Below, piece after piece: positions 10,428-20,915 of a DNA stretch of 64,000 nt. Made by a program: the position numbers and the translations under genes. Numbering within the stretch: position 1 is the first letter of the stretch; the number at the start of each line of letters is the position of its first letter. This DNA comes from Myxococcota bacterium (GTDB taxonomy: Bacteria > Myxococcota_A > UBA9160 > UBA4427): contig OZ252299.1 in NCBI GenBank assembly GCA_965250285.1, positions 2,496,001 through 2,560,000 on the forward strand, written 5' to 3'. The notes beneath the pieces are model-generated. The model saw only the letters and a program-made list of their open reading frames with translations. It searched no databases and was not told the DNA's origin.

Positions 10428-10826
10428 TCATGCGGGTGCCGGGCCGGCCTGCGGCCATTCGCTCATGATGGTGGGGATGTCGAAGTAGTCCCGCCAGAGG
10501 GTGACGCGGCCGTCGTGGACCTCGAAGACCCCCGTCACCGGGAGCTCGACCCAGCGATCGGCCAGCCGGTGCCGATCGACGCGCTCGACGAAGACGATCG
10601 CGCCATCGACGGCCGTATGCTCGTAGACGAATTCGTTCTCGACCGTCGGCGCGAAGAATGGCTCGAGCACCCCCCGAATACCGGCCGGTCCACGGACCGT
10701 CCCGAGCGGTTCGGGGTTGGTGTACTCGCAGTCGGGCGAGACCATGTCGGCCGCTGCGTCGTAGCGCTTCGCTCCGAGCGTCTCGAGCAGGACCTTCACG
10801 GTTTCGAGGGGGGACGTGTCGCTCAT
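10428..10826 (-). CDS. Limonene-1,2-epoxide hydrolase family protein (NTF2-like)
   Basis: YTN, VFVERVD, LPVTGVFEV.DG.V..WRDYFD. Confidence 0.88.
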   Translation of the reverse strand: MSDTSPLETVKVLLETLGAKRYDAAADMVSPDCEYTNPEPLGTVRGPAGIRGVLEPFFAPTVENEFVYEHTAVDGAIVFVERVDRHRLADRWVELPVTGVFEVHDGRVTLWRDYFDIPTIMSEWPQAGPAPA

Positions 10827-10880
10827 GCGCGTTCTCCTCCAGGCTTGGCCGAGGCGGCGCAGTCGACTCGGCGCGGCACG

Positions 10881-10928
10881 CTGTAGTTATCACTACAGAA
10901 TCTCTCCCATTTTGTAGCGAACACTACA
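10881..10928. promoter_or_regulatory. Pair of related palindromic operators upstream of the epoxide hydrolase
   Basis: CTGTAGT-tatc-ACTACAG (10881-10898) and TGTAG-cgaaca-CTACA (10913-10928). Confidence 0.65.
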
Positions 10929-11067
10929 GATCTCGCAATCGGGCCCGTCTGCACCAGGCTGGCTGTGCGGTCGCGCTGATCCAGGCAAGATCCCGCCGAT
11001 CCGTGCATGCACCGACCCCGCACGGGCCCCGGACGCATCGCTGCCCGCCGCGTCGGGTTCGGCCAGC

Positions 11068-11437
11068 CCGCGCAATCGGCTCGATCCCCCGCTCGAGATC
11101 GACCGAGGCGACGGCCGTGGATCCGCCCCGCGTCGCCATCAACGGGTTGATGCGCGAGGCTGCGGCCGGCCCGATGCGCGGCGACCTCGAGTACAGCTCG
11201 GCCGCCATCGTCTCGTCGGAGATCGTCGGCAACGCCCATTCGAGCATCGTCGATGCCCCGCTTACCCAGGTGATCGATGGCCGGTTCGCGAAGGTCATCA
11301 GCTGGTCCGACAACGAGTGGGGCTACAGCGCACGCGTCGAAGAGAGGATGGTGCGCATGTCGAAGATCGACGACCTCGCGTTCGACAGCGAGGGGCAGTC
11401 GCGCCCGCCTGCCGACGAATCGGCTCGAATCGCCTGA
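11068..11437 (+). pseudogene. gap: Glyceraldehyde-3-phosphate dehydrogenase C-terminal fragment
   Basis: INGLMREAAAGPMRGDLEY...IVSSEIVGNAHSSIVD...KVISWSDNEWGYSAR matches GAPDH C-terminus; no NAD-binding domain or catalytic Cys. Confidence 0.8.
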
Positions 11438-11533
11438 GCGAACCGTCGCGCGCCGCCTCGGAGACGGGCGTCATTCGATCACGTCATATAATCTGGCAAT
11501 AGATCGAAACCGGTCGCGGCGGAGGCTCGAGAA

Positions 11534-12136
11534 GTGGCCGAACGAGATGAGGTCGATGGGCTCGACGGGCGCGTGCAGCGCTCGCAGCGCAGCCGCGAGC
11601 GCATCATGGACGCGCTCATCGAGCTCGTTCGGGAAGGCCACGCCCAGCCCACCGGTCAGGAGGTCGCCGACCGCGCCGGGATGAACCTTCGGAGCGTGTT
11701 TCGCCACTTCGACGACATCGAGTCGCTCTACCGTGCGATCCACGAAAAGCTGCAGCAGACCCTCGTCCCGCTCATCTACCAGGAAGTGGCCACGGGCTCC
11801 CTCGATCACCGCATCACCGAGTTCGTGCGCTGCCGCACCCGCGCCTACGAGCAGCTCGCCCCCTTCCAGCGCTCGGAACGACTCGGCCGCTGGAAGTCGC
11901 CCGCGCTCGAGGCCGTGCATCGTCAGTTCGTGGTCGGCATGCGCCGTGACCTCGAGACGCGACTGCCCGAGGTCGACGAGCTGCCGGGCCCGGTGCGCGC
12001 CGCCGCCGAGATGATGACGTCTTTCGAGGCCTGGGACCGGTTGCGCCTCGAGCAGGGACTGGGGCCGCGTCAGACCGCCGCGGCGATCGAGGCCGGGCTG
12101 CGACGCCTGCTCGGCGCCGAACGCGCGTCGCGCTGA
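11534..12136 (+). CDS. TetR/AcrR-family regulator
   Basis: DGRVQRSQRSRERI, PT..EVADRAG..LRSVFRHF. Confidence 0.9.
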   Translation: MAERDEVDGLDGRVQRSQRSRERIMDALIELVREGHAQPTGQEVADRAGMNLRSVFRHFDDIESLYRAIHEKLQQTLVPLIYQEVATGSLDHRITEFVRCRTRAYEQLAPFQRSERLGRWKSPALEAVHRQFVVGMRRDLETRLPEVDELPGPVRAAAEMMTSFEAWDRLRLEQGLGPRQTAAAIEAGLRRLLGAERASR

Positions 12137-12139
12137 GAG

Positions 12140-13054
12140 TTAGAGACGCGAGAGCACCGGCACCGTCGGCATCGCCAACGTGTCGCCCGGTTGCTTCCCG
12201 GTGACGGCCTCAGTGAAGAACGTGCTCATCATGAGCTCTCGCATGTAGTCGATCCCCGGGTAGTACACGATCGCGACCCGGTCGAAGTCACCCTGGTCGT
12301 CGAGGCTGACGGCCCGGCCGATGTGCATGGGCCCGTAGACGCCTTCGGCGAAGCCCCGGGCCATCGCGAGGCCGTAGCCTCGATCGGCCGCGCGCTGCTC
12401 TCGGGTGCCGTCCTTCAGCAGGTTCACCACGACGAGGGCGTCCTCGGAATAGCGCTTGAGAGGCTCCATCGCCGCCCATCGTGCTTCGAGATCGGCCAGG
12501 CGGGGGTCTTGCGTGTCGCCACTGCCCAGGTCGGCCGGGACGAGCGGATAGAACGAATCTCCGAACGTCGCGAGCTGGTAGGCGCGCAGCCCGAGGAGCA
12601 GCTGGGGGATTGCGAGGTTGAGGGCTGCCGGACGCTCGAACCCATGGGCATACGTTCGCGGAAAGTCGCGAAACGCCGCCTCGTAGCTCGAAGTCGCGGC
12701 GATCGCGTCGAACACGGCGCGCGACGGATACTGCATGAGGACGATCGCGTCCCAGTCGGCCTCGCCAAGCTGCGACGACTCGAGACGCACGGCCCCGGTG
12801 AGCCCGGCGTACACCATCTGCGCGCCGTCCGCGGCTTCGAGTTCGTTCCGTAGCTTGCGCAGGCTCTCGACGGGATCGGCGCCTTCGGCGAGCGCGAGAT
12901 AACTCAACACGTGAAACGTGTCGCCGGCGTAGACGATCGGCTGTTGATCCTGCATCGGGCCGCGCCGAATCGAGAGGTAGCGGTCGTGCTGCCAGCCCAT
13001 GGCGACGACCAGGACAACCAAGAGGCCAAGCACGACCAACGTAACGGCGTTCAT
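12140..13054 (-). CDS. Hypothetical protein with duplicated DUF1330-like (dimeric alpha/beta barrel) domains
   Basis: N-terminal TM; WDAIVLMQYPS and FDRVAIVYYPG repeats. Confidence 0.6.
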   Translation of the reverse strand: MNAVTLVVLGLLVVLVVAMGWQHDRYLSIRRGPMQDQQPIVYAGDTFHVLSYLALAEGADPVESLRKLRNELEAADGAQMVYAGLTGAVRLESSQLGEADWDAIVLMQYPSRAVFDAIAATSSYEAAFRDFPRTYAHGFERPAALNLAIPQLLLGLRAYQLATFGDSFYPLVPADLGSGDTQDPRLADLEARWAAMEPLKRYSEDALVVVNLLKDGTREQRAADRGYGLAMARGFAEGVYGPMHIGRAVSLDDQGDFDRVAIVYYPGIDYMRELMMSTFFTEAVTGKQPGDTLAMPTVPVLSRL

Positions 13055-13350
13055 CGACGTTCCCCCGCTCGCTCCATCTTATGTCATATCATTTGGCATA
13101 TTTGACGACACCGCAAGGCCCAATGCATGACGCGCCCTCCCCCGGCCGTGCCCTCGTCGCTCCGACACCTCGGCACCGCGAACGGGTGCCGATCACCGCA
13201 TCTGCATGTCCGCCAGAAGAAGCGAGCGAGCCTGGCGCGAAGCCTCGTCACCCCCGCCAGATCACACAGGCGTCACGGCAGCGCTCGAGCGATGCGGCAT
13301 CCTGATCCGCGGGCCAGCACTTTCTTCCCCAAACGAGCGTGGAGGCTTCC

Positions 13351-13680
13351 ATGAGTCGACTCGAACTGCTCAGCCGGTTGAGCCTGCAAACGGCGAAGCT
13401 CGAAGCGATCGCCGGTCGCGAGAGCGGCGGCCAGGGCGACTGGGCCAACCGGGCCAGCCCGTGGTGGACGCACATCTGGCGCCTGGCGATCCGCATCCTC
13501 TCGGTGCTGATGGGGCGGCGCACCTGCGGCGAGCTCAAGGTCGCGTACGAACGACTCAAGGGGCTCGTCGAGGAGGCGGGCGATCAGCTCACGACAGAGG
13601 AACGCAAGGCCATGGAGAACACGCTGCTCGACGTCGAGGTCGAGCTGCAGACGAGCTGTCCGGCAGTGTTCTGGCCGTGA
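13351..13680 (+). CDS. Hypothetical protein
   Basis: GGAGG RBS before ATG; host-like codon usage. Confidence 0.55.
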   Translation: MSRLELLSRLSLQTAKLEAIAGRESGGQGDWANRASPWWTHIWRLAIRILSVLMGRRTCGELKVAYERLKGLVEEAGDQLTTEERKAMENTLLDVEVELQTSCPAVFWP

Positions 13681-13851
13681 TGAGAGGGTCGGCGTCTTGA
13701 AGGCCCATCCGCGTGCAGCCGACCCTCGGCGCCGCTAGCCGAAGGCGCAGAGGACGATTGAAGGCCAGGGGATCCGACCCGAGGGCCTGCGGACCGGGGC
13801 CCCTCGAGGCGAGATCCGACGAATCCATTGCTCGACGGCGCGCCGTCTGCT

Positions 13852-13872
13852 TTACTGAGTTCGACTCAGTAA
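13852..13872. promoter_or_regulatory. Palindromic TetR-type operator upstream of phyH-tetR
   Basis: TTACTGAGT-tcg-ACTCAGTAA, perfect 9-bp arms. Confidence 0.75.
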
Positions 13873-13884
13873 TGGAGTGGCCCC

Positions 13885-14751
13885 ATGAGCAAGCCCGTCG
13901 AACGCATCGAGGACGCCCGGGCGTACTTCGAAACCGACCACGCGCAGACCCACCGCTTCACCGCGAGTGCAGACGCCGCGCGGGTGCCCGAGGAGGTCGT
14001 GGCGGCCGATCTCGCGACCGTCGAGCGCGCGGGCTACGTGATCATTCCGTCGCTGCTCACCGACGACGAGCTCGCCGAGATTCGGGCCGGCATCGAGCCC
14101 CTCCTCGGTCATCCAGGGCGAAACGACTTCGAGGGCACCGTGACCCAGCGCGTGTACGCCGTCGTCGAGAAGACACGCGCGCTGGATCGACTGATCACCC
14201 ACCCTCGCATCCTGGCGCTGCTCGACCGGCTGTTCCAACCCAACTATCTGCTGTCGCAGGCCCAGGTCATCAACATCCTGCCGGGAGAAACGCCCCAGGC
14301 CCTTCACCCCGACGACGCGTTCTACGCGGTGCCCCGCCCGCGCCCGCCCCTCGGCGCAGCCACCGTATGGGCGATCGACGCGTTCACGGCCGAAAACGGC
14401 GCGACCGTCGTCGTGCCGGGGAGCCACACGTGGGGCGACCGCGATCCGACCGACGACGACACCCGCGTGCCGGCGGTCATGCCGGCGGGCTCTGTCGTCT
14501 TCTATCCCGGGACCCTCTGGCACGGCGGCGGCGAGAACCACACGACGGCCCCGCGCCTCGCCGTCACCTGCCAGTACTGCGAGCCCTGGGTGCGAACGCA
14601 AGAGAACTACTTCCTCTCGGTCCGCCGCGAGACCGCCGCGGCGCTCTCCGAGGATCTCAAGCGCTTGCTCGGCTACAGCATCCATCCCCCGTTCATGGGC
14701 ATGATGAACGGCATGCACCCGAAGCGCGCGCTCGAAACGGACGCCCTCTGA
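13885..14751 (+). CDS. Phytanoyl-CoA dioxygenase (PhyH) family protein
   Basis: QALHPDD, NGAT.VVPGSH, LWHGGG, RTQEN. Confidence 0.92.
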   Translation: MSKPVERIEDARAYFETDHAQTHRFTASADAARVPEEVVAADLATVERAGYVIIPSLLTDDELAEIRAGIEPLLGHPGRNDFEGTVTQRVYAVVEKTRALDRLITHPRILALLDRLFQPNYLLSQAQVINILPGETPQALHPDDAFYAVPRPRPPLGAATVWAIDAFTAENGATVVVPGSHTWGDRDPTDDDTRVPAVMPAGSVVFYPGTLWHGGGENHTTAPRLAVTCQYCEPWVRTQENYFLSVRRETAAALSEDLKRLLGYSIHPPFMGMMNGMHPKRALETDAL

Positions 14752-15353
14752 GCCCCGCGGCCCGTCGCAAGCGAAGGCCCGCCCAGGTCGCACGCCGCAG
14801 CTTGATCGACGCCGCGCTCGAAGTGCTGCTCGAAGGCGAGGGGCAGCTCGAGGTCGCGGCCGTAGCGAAGCGCGCAGGCGTCTCGGAGAGCCTCGCCTAC
14901 TACCACTTCCGCAACAAAGCCGGCCTGCTCGATGCGATGGTCGAAGATTTCTACCAGCGCCTCGACGAGTCGATCACCGCCGTGCCCTTCGAGGGGCCAA
15001 CCTGGCGCGAACGCGAAGAGAGCCGCGTACACGCGATCGTCGACTTCATGTACAACGACCCGGCCTCGAGATGGGTCGCCAACACCGTGGCCTCCGACCC
15101 GAAGGTCGCCGCGAAGCAGCGCGAGCGGCAGCGCCGACTCGACGAGCTCGGCGCGCGCAACATCGCCCAGGCCCAACGCGACGGCGAGATCGACGCGACT
15201 CTCGATCCGCACCTGCTCGTTTCGATGATCCTCGGCGGCGTGCTCGCAGGGATCAGCCACGCCCTCTCGACGCAGCCGCCCAAGCCCCAGGCGCGCGTCG
15301 CCGCAGAGATCTGGTCCTTCGTCGCCCGCGCGGCCGGTACGGAGCGACGTTGA
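14748..15353 (+). CDS. TetR/AcrR-family regulator (start uncertain)
   Basis: VAAVAKRAGVSESLAYYHFRNKAGL HTH in the C-terminal part of ORF 13713..15353. Confidence 0.85.
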   Translation: MSPAARRKRRPAQVARRSLIDAALEVLLEGEGQLEVAAVAKRAGVSESLAYYHFRNKAGLLDAMVEDFYQRLDESITAVPFEGPTWREREESRVHAIVDFMYNDPASRWVANTVASDPKVAAKQRERQRRLDELGARNIAQAQRDGEIDATLDPHLLVSMILGGVLAGISHALSTQPPKPQARVAAEIWSFVARAAGTERR

Positions 15354-15502
15354 CCTGCGAGGTCGCCGTCGCTTTGCACGCAGTCCCGGTCTCAGGCGCG
15401 GTCCCACGCCCGCTCCGGCGTGCGTTCGCGTGACCCATCCGCCACCTTCCCCAGCGTACGCCAGGCCGTCCCATCGCGACGCGCACACAGACGCGCGCCG
15501 GA

Positions 15503-16288
15503 GTGTCGTCCGTGGAAGAGAGCGCCCACAGCGCCGCCGACTGGCTCCTCGTCGCGCACAAGATGCTCGGCTTCATCACGATCGTGCTCGTCGCGCCGAA
15601 CGCCCTCCTCGTGACACCGGGGGGACGCGCGCACCGCCGACTCGGCCAGACCTACATCGCGTGCATGACCCTGCTCTATCTCTCGGGCACGTACTTCACG
15701 TTCGAGCAGCACCCGCTCACGAGCTACCGCTTCCTTCGCAATCTGACGTTCAATCTCTTCGGCTACTCGATGCTGCTGCTCGGATGGCGGGCCATGCCGC
15801 TCAAGCGAACCGACGGCGGGCGGGTCTCTGCGCTCGACCGCGTGCTCTTCGCCGGCCTGGTCGTGCTCGGCATCGCGATGGTCCCCCTCGGCTACAAGCG
15901 CTGGCCGATGTTCGTGCTCGGGGGACTCGCGCTTCTGCTCGCGTACATCGACTGGCAGGAGATTCGCAAAGGCACCCTCACCGCGGCCAAGCGTCTCGAG
16001 CGCCACATGCGATACATGATCGCCTCGTACTACTACGTGGTGACGCTGCTCTCGATCCTTCTCTTCCCGGGCACGGTGAAGCTCAAGTGGATCTGGCCCT
16101 CGGCCGTCGCCGGTGTGCTCGTCCTGATCCTGACCCAGCCGGCCGTGCGTGAACGGTTCGGGGCGTCGCGCAGCGGCGCCACGCGCTTCGCGCTCCGGTT
16201 CAGCGCGGTGCTCGCCGTGGTGCTCGGCCTCGCCGTGCTGATCACGTTCGTGCGCGAAGGCAGCCTCTTCGCCGGGGTCGAAGGGTGA
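15503..16288 (+). CDS. DUF2306-like membrane protein
   Basis: GGRAHRRLG..Y, HMRYMIASY; multiple TM helices. Confidence 0.65.
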   Translation: MSSVEESAHSAADWLLVAHKMLGFITIVLVAPNALLVTPGGRAHRRLGQTYIACMTLLYLSGTYFTFEQHPLTSYRFLRNLTFNLFGYSMLLLGWRAMPLKRTDGGRVSALDRVLFAGLVVLGIAMVPLGYKRWPMFVLGGLALLLAYIDWQEIRKGTLTAAKRLERHMRYMIASYYYVVTLLSILLFPGTVKLKWIWPSAVAGVLVLILTQPAVRERFGASRSGATRFALRFSAVLAVVLGLAVLITFVREGSLFAGVEG

Positions 16289-17691
16289 ACTGCGCCCGCT
16301 TTGCCATCACGGGCCTCGCATGCGCGGTCGTGCTTCTGGCGTGCGGACCGAGCGCACCGCCCAAGCCCCCCGCGCCAGCGGGCGCGCCGAACGTGATCCT
16401 GATCGTGGTCGACACGCTGCGGGCCGACCGGCTCTCGCAGCTCGGCTACGAGCAGCCGACGAGCGACGCCCTCGACGTGCTGGCCGACCGGGCGACGAGC
16501 TTCCGTCACGCGCGCACCCCCGCGCCGTGGACGGTGCCGAGCGTCGCGTCGATCCTGACCGGCCTGCTCCCCGCACGGCATCGCGTCGACCAGACGGGCT
16601 CGGCGCTCCCCGAGGCACTCGACGTGCTGCCCGAGGTGCTCGCGCGAAACGGCTGGCAGACCGTGGGCGTTTCGTTCAACCGACACATCTCGCGCAAAGC
16701 CGGCTTCGCGCAGGGCTTCGATTCGTTTCGCGACGTCGCGAAGGGACGCACGGGCGCCTACCCCGACATCAGCGAGATGGTCGACCAGGCGCTTGCTTGG
16801 GTCGCAGACCGCGACCCGACGCGCCCCTTCTTTCTCTATCTGCAGCCCATGAACGTGCACGGGCCCTACCGCGTGCCCGACGCGCGACGGAACGCACTGC
16901 TGGGCCGGCCGCCGAGGCCCGGCTTCGAGTACAAGGGTGCCCTCATGGACGGGATCGTGAAGGAGCACCGACTCGAGCTGCGGGCCGACGTCACCCCCGA
17001 GATCCGCACGAGCCTGAACGAGCAGTACGACACCGCCGTGCGCTATACGGCCGACGAGCTCGGTCGACTGCTTGCAGGCCTGACGGATGCCGGCGTCTTC
17101 GACGACGCGCTGGTCGTGCTGACCGCCGACCATGGCGAGGAGCTCTTCGAGCGGGGTGGCTTCGACCACGCCTACAACCTGAACCGCGAGGTGCTGCACG
17201 TCCCGCTCTGGGTGAAGCAGCCCGGGCAGCGCGAAGCCGTGCACATCGACGAGCCCGTCAGCCTCGTCGACCTGATGCCGACGCTCCTCGACCTGCTCTC
17301 GCTCTCGCACGACCTCAGCGCCGACATCGATGGCCGAAGCCTGCGGCCCCTGCTCGAAGGCCCGCCCTCGGCCGCGCCGCCGCCCATCCTCGCTCAGGCG
17401 ATCAATCCCGAACGGTGCAGCGGGCGCAGCTACAGAGAGGGGTCGTGGGAGCTGATGGTGATCGACGAGAGCTACGATCCGGCGGCCGTCGGCACCCGAC
17501 TCTACGATCTCGCGCGCGACCCCGAGCAGCAGCGCGATCTCGCGCCCGACGATCCCGAGCGCGCACATGCGATGCGCGCGCGGCTCGAAGCCTTCTACGA
17601 CGGGCTACCGGCCAATGCGTATCCGCGGGCGCGCTACGACCTCGACGATGAGACGCGATCAGCCCTCGAGGCGATCGGTTATGGCGACTGA
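16285..17691 (+). CDS. Sulfatase-family lipoprotein
   Basis: Lipobox LLAC; PNVILIVVDTLRAD, WTVPSVASILTG, TADHGE, LYDL..DP.EQ. Confidence 0.9.
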   Translation: MNCARFAITGLACAVVLLACGPSAPPKPPAPAGAPNVILIVVDTLRADRLSQLGYEQPTSDALDVLADRATSFRHARTPAPWTVPSVASILTGLLPARHRVDQTGSALPEALDVLPEVLARNGWQTVGVSFNRHISRKAGFAQGFDSFRDVAKGRTGAYPDISEMVDQALAWVADRDPTRPFFLYLQPMNVHGPYRVPDARRNALLGRPPRPGFEYKGALMDGIVKEHRLELRADVTPEIRTSLNEQYDTAVRYTADELGRLLAGLTDAGVFDDALVVLTADHGEELFERGGFDHAYNLNREVLHVPLWVKQPGQREAVHIDEPVSLVDLMPTLLDLLSLSHDLSADIDGRSLRPLLEGPPSAAPPPILAQAINPERCSGRSYREGSWELMVIDESYDPAAVGTRLYDLARDPEQQRDLAPDDPERAHAMRARLEAFYDGLPANAYPRARYDLDDETRSALEAIGYGD

Positions 17692-18656
17692 CGGCGCGCG
17701 CCCCGGGTGTCGAAACGCAGGCCGAGGTTTCGGAGCGTGTACGCCGCGCTCACGGCGCCGACGGCCACACGCTGCCAGGCCGCGCTGGCCGGGGCGCGGT
17801 GACCGACGAGACCGCGTGACGCATAGGGGGCGGCGGTGATGACGTCGTTCTCGCCGAAGCCGAGCGCCCGGGTCGCGCGCTGCGCCCGCAAGACCGCTCG
17901 GCGGCGCTCTTCCAGCGCGGCCTCGGAGAGCCCCCGAACCGAAGCGTGGCCCGTCAGGAAGCGTCGCCCGAACTCGCTGGGCGCTTCATCGTCCAAAGGC
18001 AGAACGTCGCCAATCGTCTGCTCGATGCAGGTGAGCCCGTAGTCGAAGAGCGACCAGAACGCGCGGCCCGCGACCTGAGGATCGAGCTCGAAGTAACGTG
18101 ACCGCAGGGCCTCGACCTCGTCGAGATACGCGTCGGCGTGGCGCGAGCCGGTCAGGGCGTCGAGATCGGCCAATGAGATGCCGACCGATTTCGTCCGCGC
18201 GATGAGCTTCCAGAGATCGACTCGACCCCGGCGTTGACCGCGGCGGCGCATCCCGGCGAACTGCCAGAGGCGCTCGAAGACCATCGACCAGCGCTGCTCG
18301 GGCGTCTCGAGACACTCGACGTGGGCGGCGACGTCTTCGCCCCAGATCAGCTTGCGATGCCGATGCGTGGTGAACCGCAGCACGTCGATCTCGCCCAGCG
18401 GCACGACGTCGGGGTCATAGCGGAAGGGCACCCGAAGCAGCGGCGGCAGCTGGTTTCGCACGGCGAAGAACGCGGCGTTGTCGATGCGGGCGCGACGCGG
18501 CACCACCAGCAGATCGAGGTCGGAGAGGCCTGCGTGCGAGAACACACCGACCTGATAGATGGCGACCGCCCGCCGCCCGACCCGGCGGGCATATGCGTGC
18601 GCGGCCTCGTCGTAGCGGGCCCTCGGGATCGGCACGGGGGGGCGGGTGAATCGCAT
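17679..18656 (-). CDS. Hypothetical protein with nucleotidyltransferase-like motif
   Basis: YQVGVFSHAGLSDLDLLVV resembles the pol-beta G-S-x-DxD motif. Confidence 0.55.
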   Translation of the reverse strand: MRFTRPPVPIPRARYDEAAHAYARRVGRRAVAIYQVGVFSHAGLSDLDLLVVPRRARIDNAAFFAVRNQLPPLLRVPFRYDPDVVPLGEIDVLRFTTHRHRKLIWGEDVAAHVECLETPEQRWSMVFERLWQFAGMRRRGQRRGRVDLWKLIARTKSVGISLADLDALTGSRHADAYLDEVEALRSRYFELDPQVAGRAFWSLFDYGLTCIEQTIGDVLPLDDEAPSEFGRRFLTGHASVRGLSEAALEERRRAVLRAQRATRALGFGENDVITAAPYASRGLVGHRAPASAAWQRVAVGAVSAAYTLRNLGLRFDTRGARRQSP

Positions 18657-19051
18657 CTGTGTCACCGACGAGTTTTCAAGACGATCGCCCGTTCGGCGCG
18701 AAGAGCAACCCCGGTGCGGGGGGGGCGCAGCGGCCCGGTCGCCCCGAGTCGGAGGCTCGCGTCGCATCGGCTGTGGCATGATGCGTGACACCAACCGATG
18801 TCGGAGACGCGACTGCGGGGTTCAGGCCTCGACGTGCACGCTCGCCCGGCCGGCGCGGCGCGCCTCAGGTCGGACGCTCTCGCCCGGCCTTGCACTTCGA
18901 GCCGCTCGGGGGCCGGATTCGGCCGCGCGACCCGCACATCCGATCGCTCGCGCCGCCGCAGAGGTACCCGTTCGGGATGACGAGGTCGTGGGGCGTGGCT
19001 TGGGCCTACCCTGGTGACGCGCTCAGAGTTCTGCCGCGATGCCTCGCCGGC

Positions 19052-19780
19052 CTAGGCCGCCGGATCGGCCGGCTCCCACCCCAGAACGCTCTCGGTCGCG
19101 GGGCACGCGAGGTGCGCCAGCCACGGGTCGACGATCCGATCCGGCATCTCGACATCGAACCAGCGATCGACGAGGCCCCAGTGGATCGGGCTCGACATGT
19201 AGTCGATGTGGAGGCCGTCGACGGTTTCGAACTCCTGCTCCCACAGGTGCGTCCATCGCGAGGCGATCCCGCCCTGCCCCGGCGGCGCGATCCGCGCGAG
19301 GTGCCAGTTCCGCATCGCAGGGATCGCCGCGGGCATCCGCAGCGTCTCCGCCTCGAAACGCGCGACGACGTCGACTGGGGTCCCGGGGTCGACGCGGAGC
19401 CAGAGCGTCCGCTTCACACCAGCGAGGCTCGGCGAGGCGCAGGCCGAGTCGAGCGTGAGAGGACGGCCGAACTCGACCGACGAGACCGACGCACCGATCG
19501 CGGCGCAGGCGCCGGCGAACGCGTCTTCTCGACGGGCGAGCGCTTCGAAGGCACCGCTCGGCCCGCTCGCCTCAGCGGCGGCACAGAGCGCATCTGCCCC
19601 GGCCTCGGTGGCGGCAAGCAGATCCCAGGTCACGTCGCCGCCGCCGACGGCGAAGTCGAAGTGAGCGCCCGCATGTGCGCGCTCGACCAAGCCTCCCGAG
19701 ACCGCGCCAAGTGCTTTCGCAACGACACCCGGGTCGGCGCCTTCCGCGAGGTGGACCTGCGCGACGAGGCGACGACTCAT
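19052..19780 (-). CDS. Dabb (stress-responsive A/B barrel) family protein
   Basis: MPAAIPAMRNWHL, WTHLWEQEF..VDGL..DYM..PIHW..VDRWFD. Confidence 0.75.
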   Translation of the reverse strand: MSRRLVAQVHLAEGADPGVVAKALGAVSGGLVERAHAGAHFDFAVGGGDVTWDLLAATEAGADALCAAAEASGPSGAFEALARREDAFAGACAAIGASVSSVEFGRPLTLDSACASPSLAGVKRTLWLRVDPGTPVDVVARFEAETLRMPAAIPAMRNWHLARIAPPGQGGIASRWTHLWEQEFETVDGLHIDYMSSPIHWGLVDRWFDVEMPDRIVDPWLAHLACPATESVLGWEPADPAA

Positions 19781-20151
19781 GCGTGCATCCGCCCGATCGC
19801 CTCGAACCGCGCGACCGACTTGGGCGACGCCGCATAGCGTCGGGTGCGGGACGCGACGAAGCGTTCCACGTCGCGCCAGAACGCGACGACATTCTCGCCG
19901 GAGTTCTGGCTGCGCATCGTCCAGAAGCCCTGGATCCCGTCGAGACGCCAGACGAGCATGACCCGAACCGGGACGCCCTTCGAATCGATCGGCGGCGTGA
20001 TCCAGGTGTGGACGAGGTGCTGGCCTCGCGCTTCCGCGCCGGGGCGGTAGTCGCGCTCGAGCGCCTCGAGAAAGCCGTTGCGGCCCCCCTCACGCAGCTC
20101 GAGCTCGTCGATGACGTAGACCGGATCGACTTCTTCGCTCGCCTCGTCCAA
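19777..20151 (-). CDS. NIPSNAP-like small protein (start uncertain)
   Basis: YVIDEL...Y.PGA.ARG..L...W.TPP, FW.MR; ATGA coupling to the Dabb gene. Confidence 0.6.
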   Translation of the reverse strand: MDEASEEVDPVYVIDELELREGGRNGFLEALERDYRPGAEARGQHLVHTWITPPIDSKGVPVRVMLVWRLDGIQGFWTMRSQNSGENVVAFWRDVERFVASRTRRYAASPKSVARFEAIGRMHA

Positions 20152-20915
20152 GCTGGCCTCCGAGAAGCGGGGCGTGCCGCGGAAGGCCGGAACGTAGCGC
20201 TAGGCGTCGTCCTCGGAAGCCGCTTCTTCGTCGACGTCGAAGGCACTCGAGGCGACCGGCGCGAGATGCGGCCCCAACTACGTCTCCGTCTCGGCGGGCC
20301 TCGTCGAAGGCGTGGACAGCGCCATCTGGCCGACGTCGTTCGAGAGCGGCGCGGACATGTCGAGCCGACCGACGACGACCGCGACGTCGTACATCATGAT
20401 GACTCTGGCGACCCGCCAGGAGACGTCACGGACCAGAGCTCACTCACCCGATTCGAGAGCCGACACGGCGACCGCACCATCGCGAAGCGCCTCGGACTGA
20501 CCGACAAGACCATCGCCAAGGCAATCGCATGCGTTCTGCGCCGCCTCGCCGAATCTGCATGAGGCGCGGCCGTCTTGATGCGAACATGGGCTCACGCGCA
20601 CCGCTCGTGGCGAATGCGGCGGCTCGGAGATTCTAACCGCCGTCCGAGTCGGGCGGGCCGGCCCGCATCGGGGGCCACCCACAGGGTTGAGCCGATGATC
20701 GGGTGCGGACCCGGAGTCAGAAACGTGGAGATGTCGGTCGGGTATGCGCCAAAGAGCGCACACCACGGCACCAATCTCCTCTTCCGATGAGATGCGGCAC
20801 ATGGCGGTGCACGAGTCGTTCCCTACTGTTCGACGTCGGCCTGGCGCCGTCATGCGCGCTCCTCCGCCCAGGTGGGCTCGCATGATTCGAATCCGCGTAG
20901 AGGGCAGAGGCAACC

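Noticed and set aside
13713..14747. N-terminal 345 aa of ORF 13713..15353, and long antisense ORFs such as 5514..7172, 16033..17568, 24630..26516
   Set aside because: Shadow frames of real genes in high-GC DNA.
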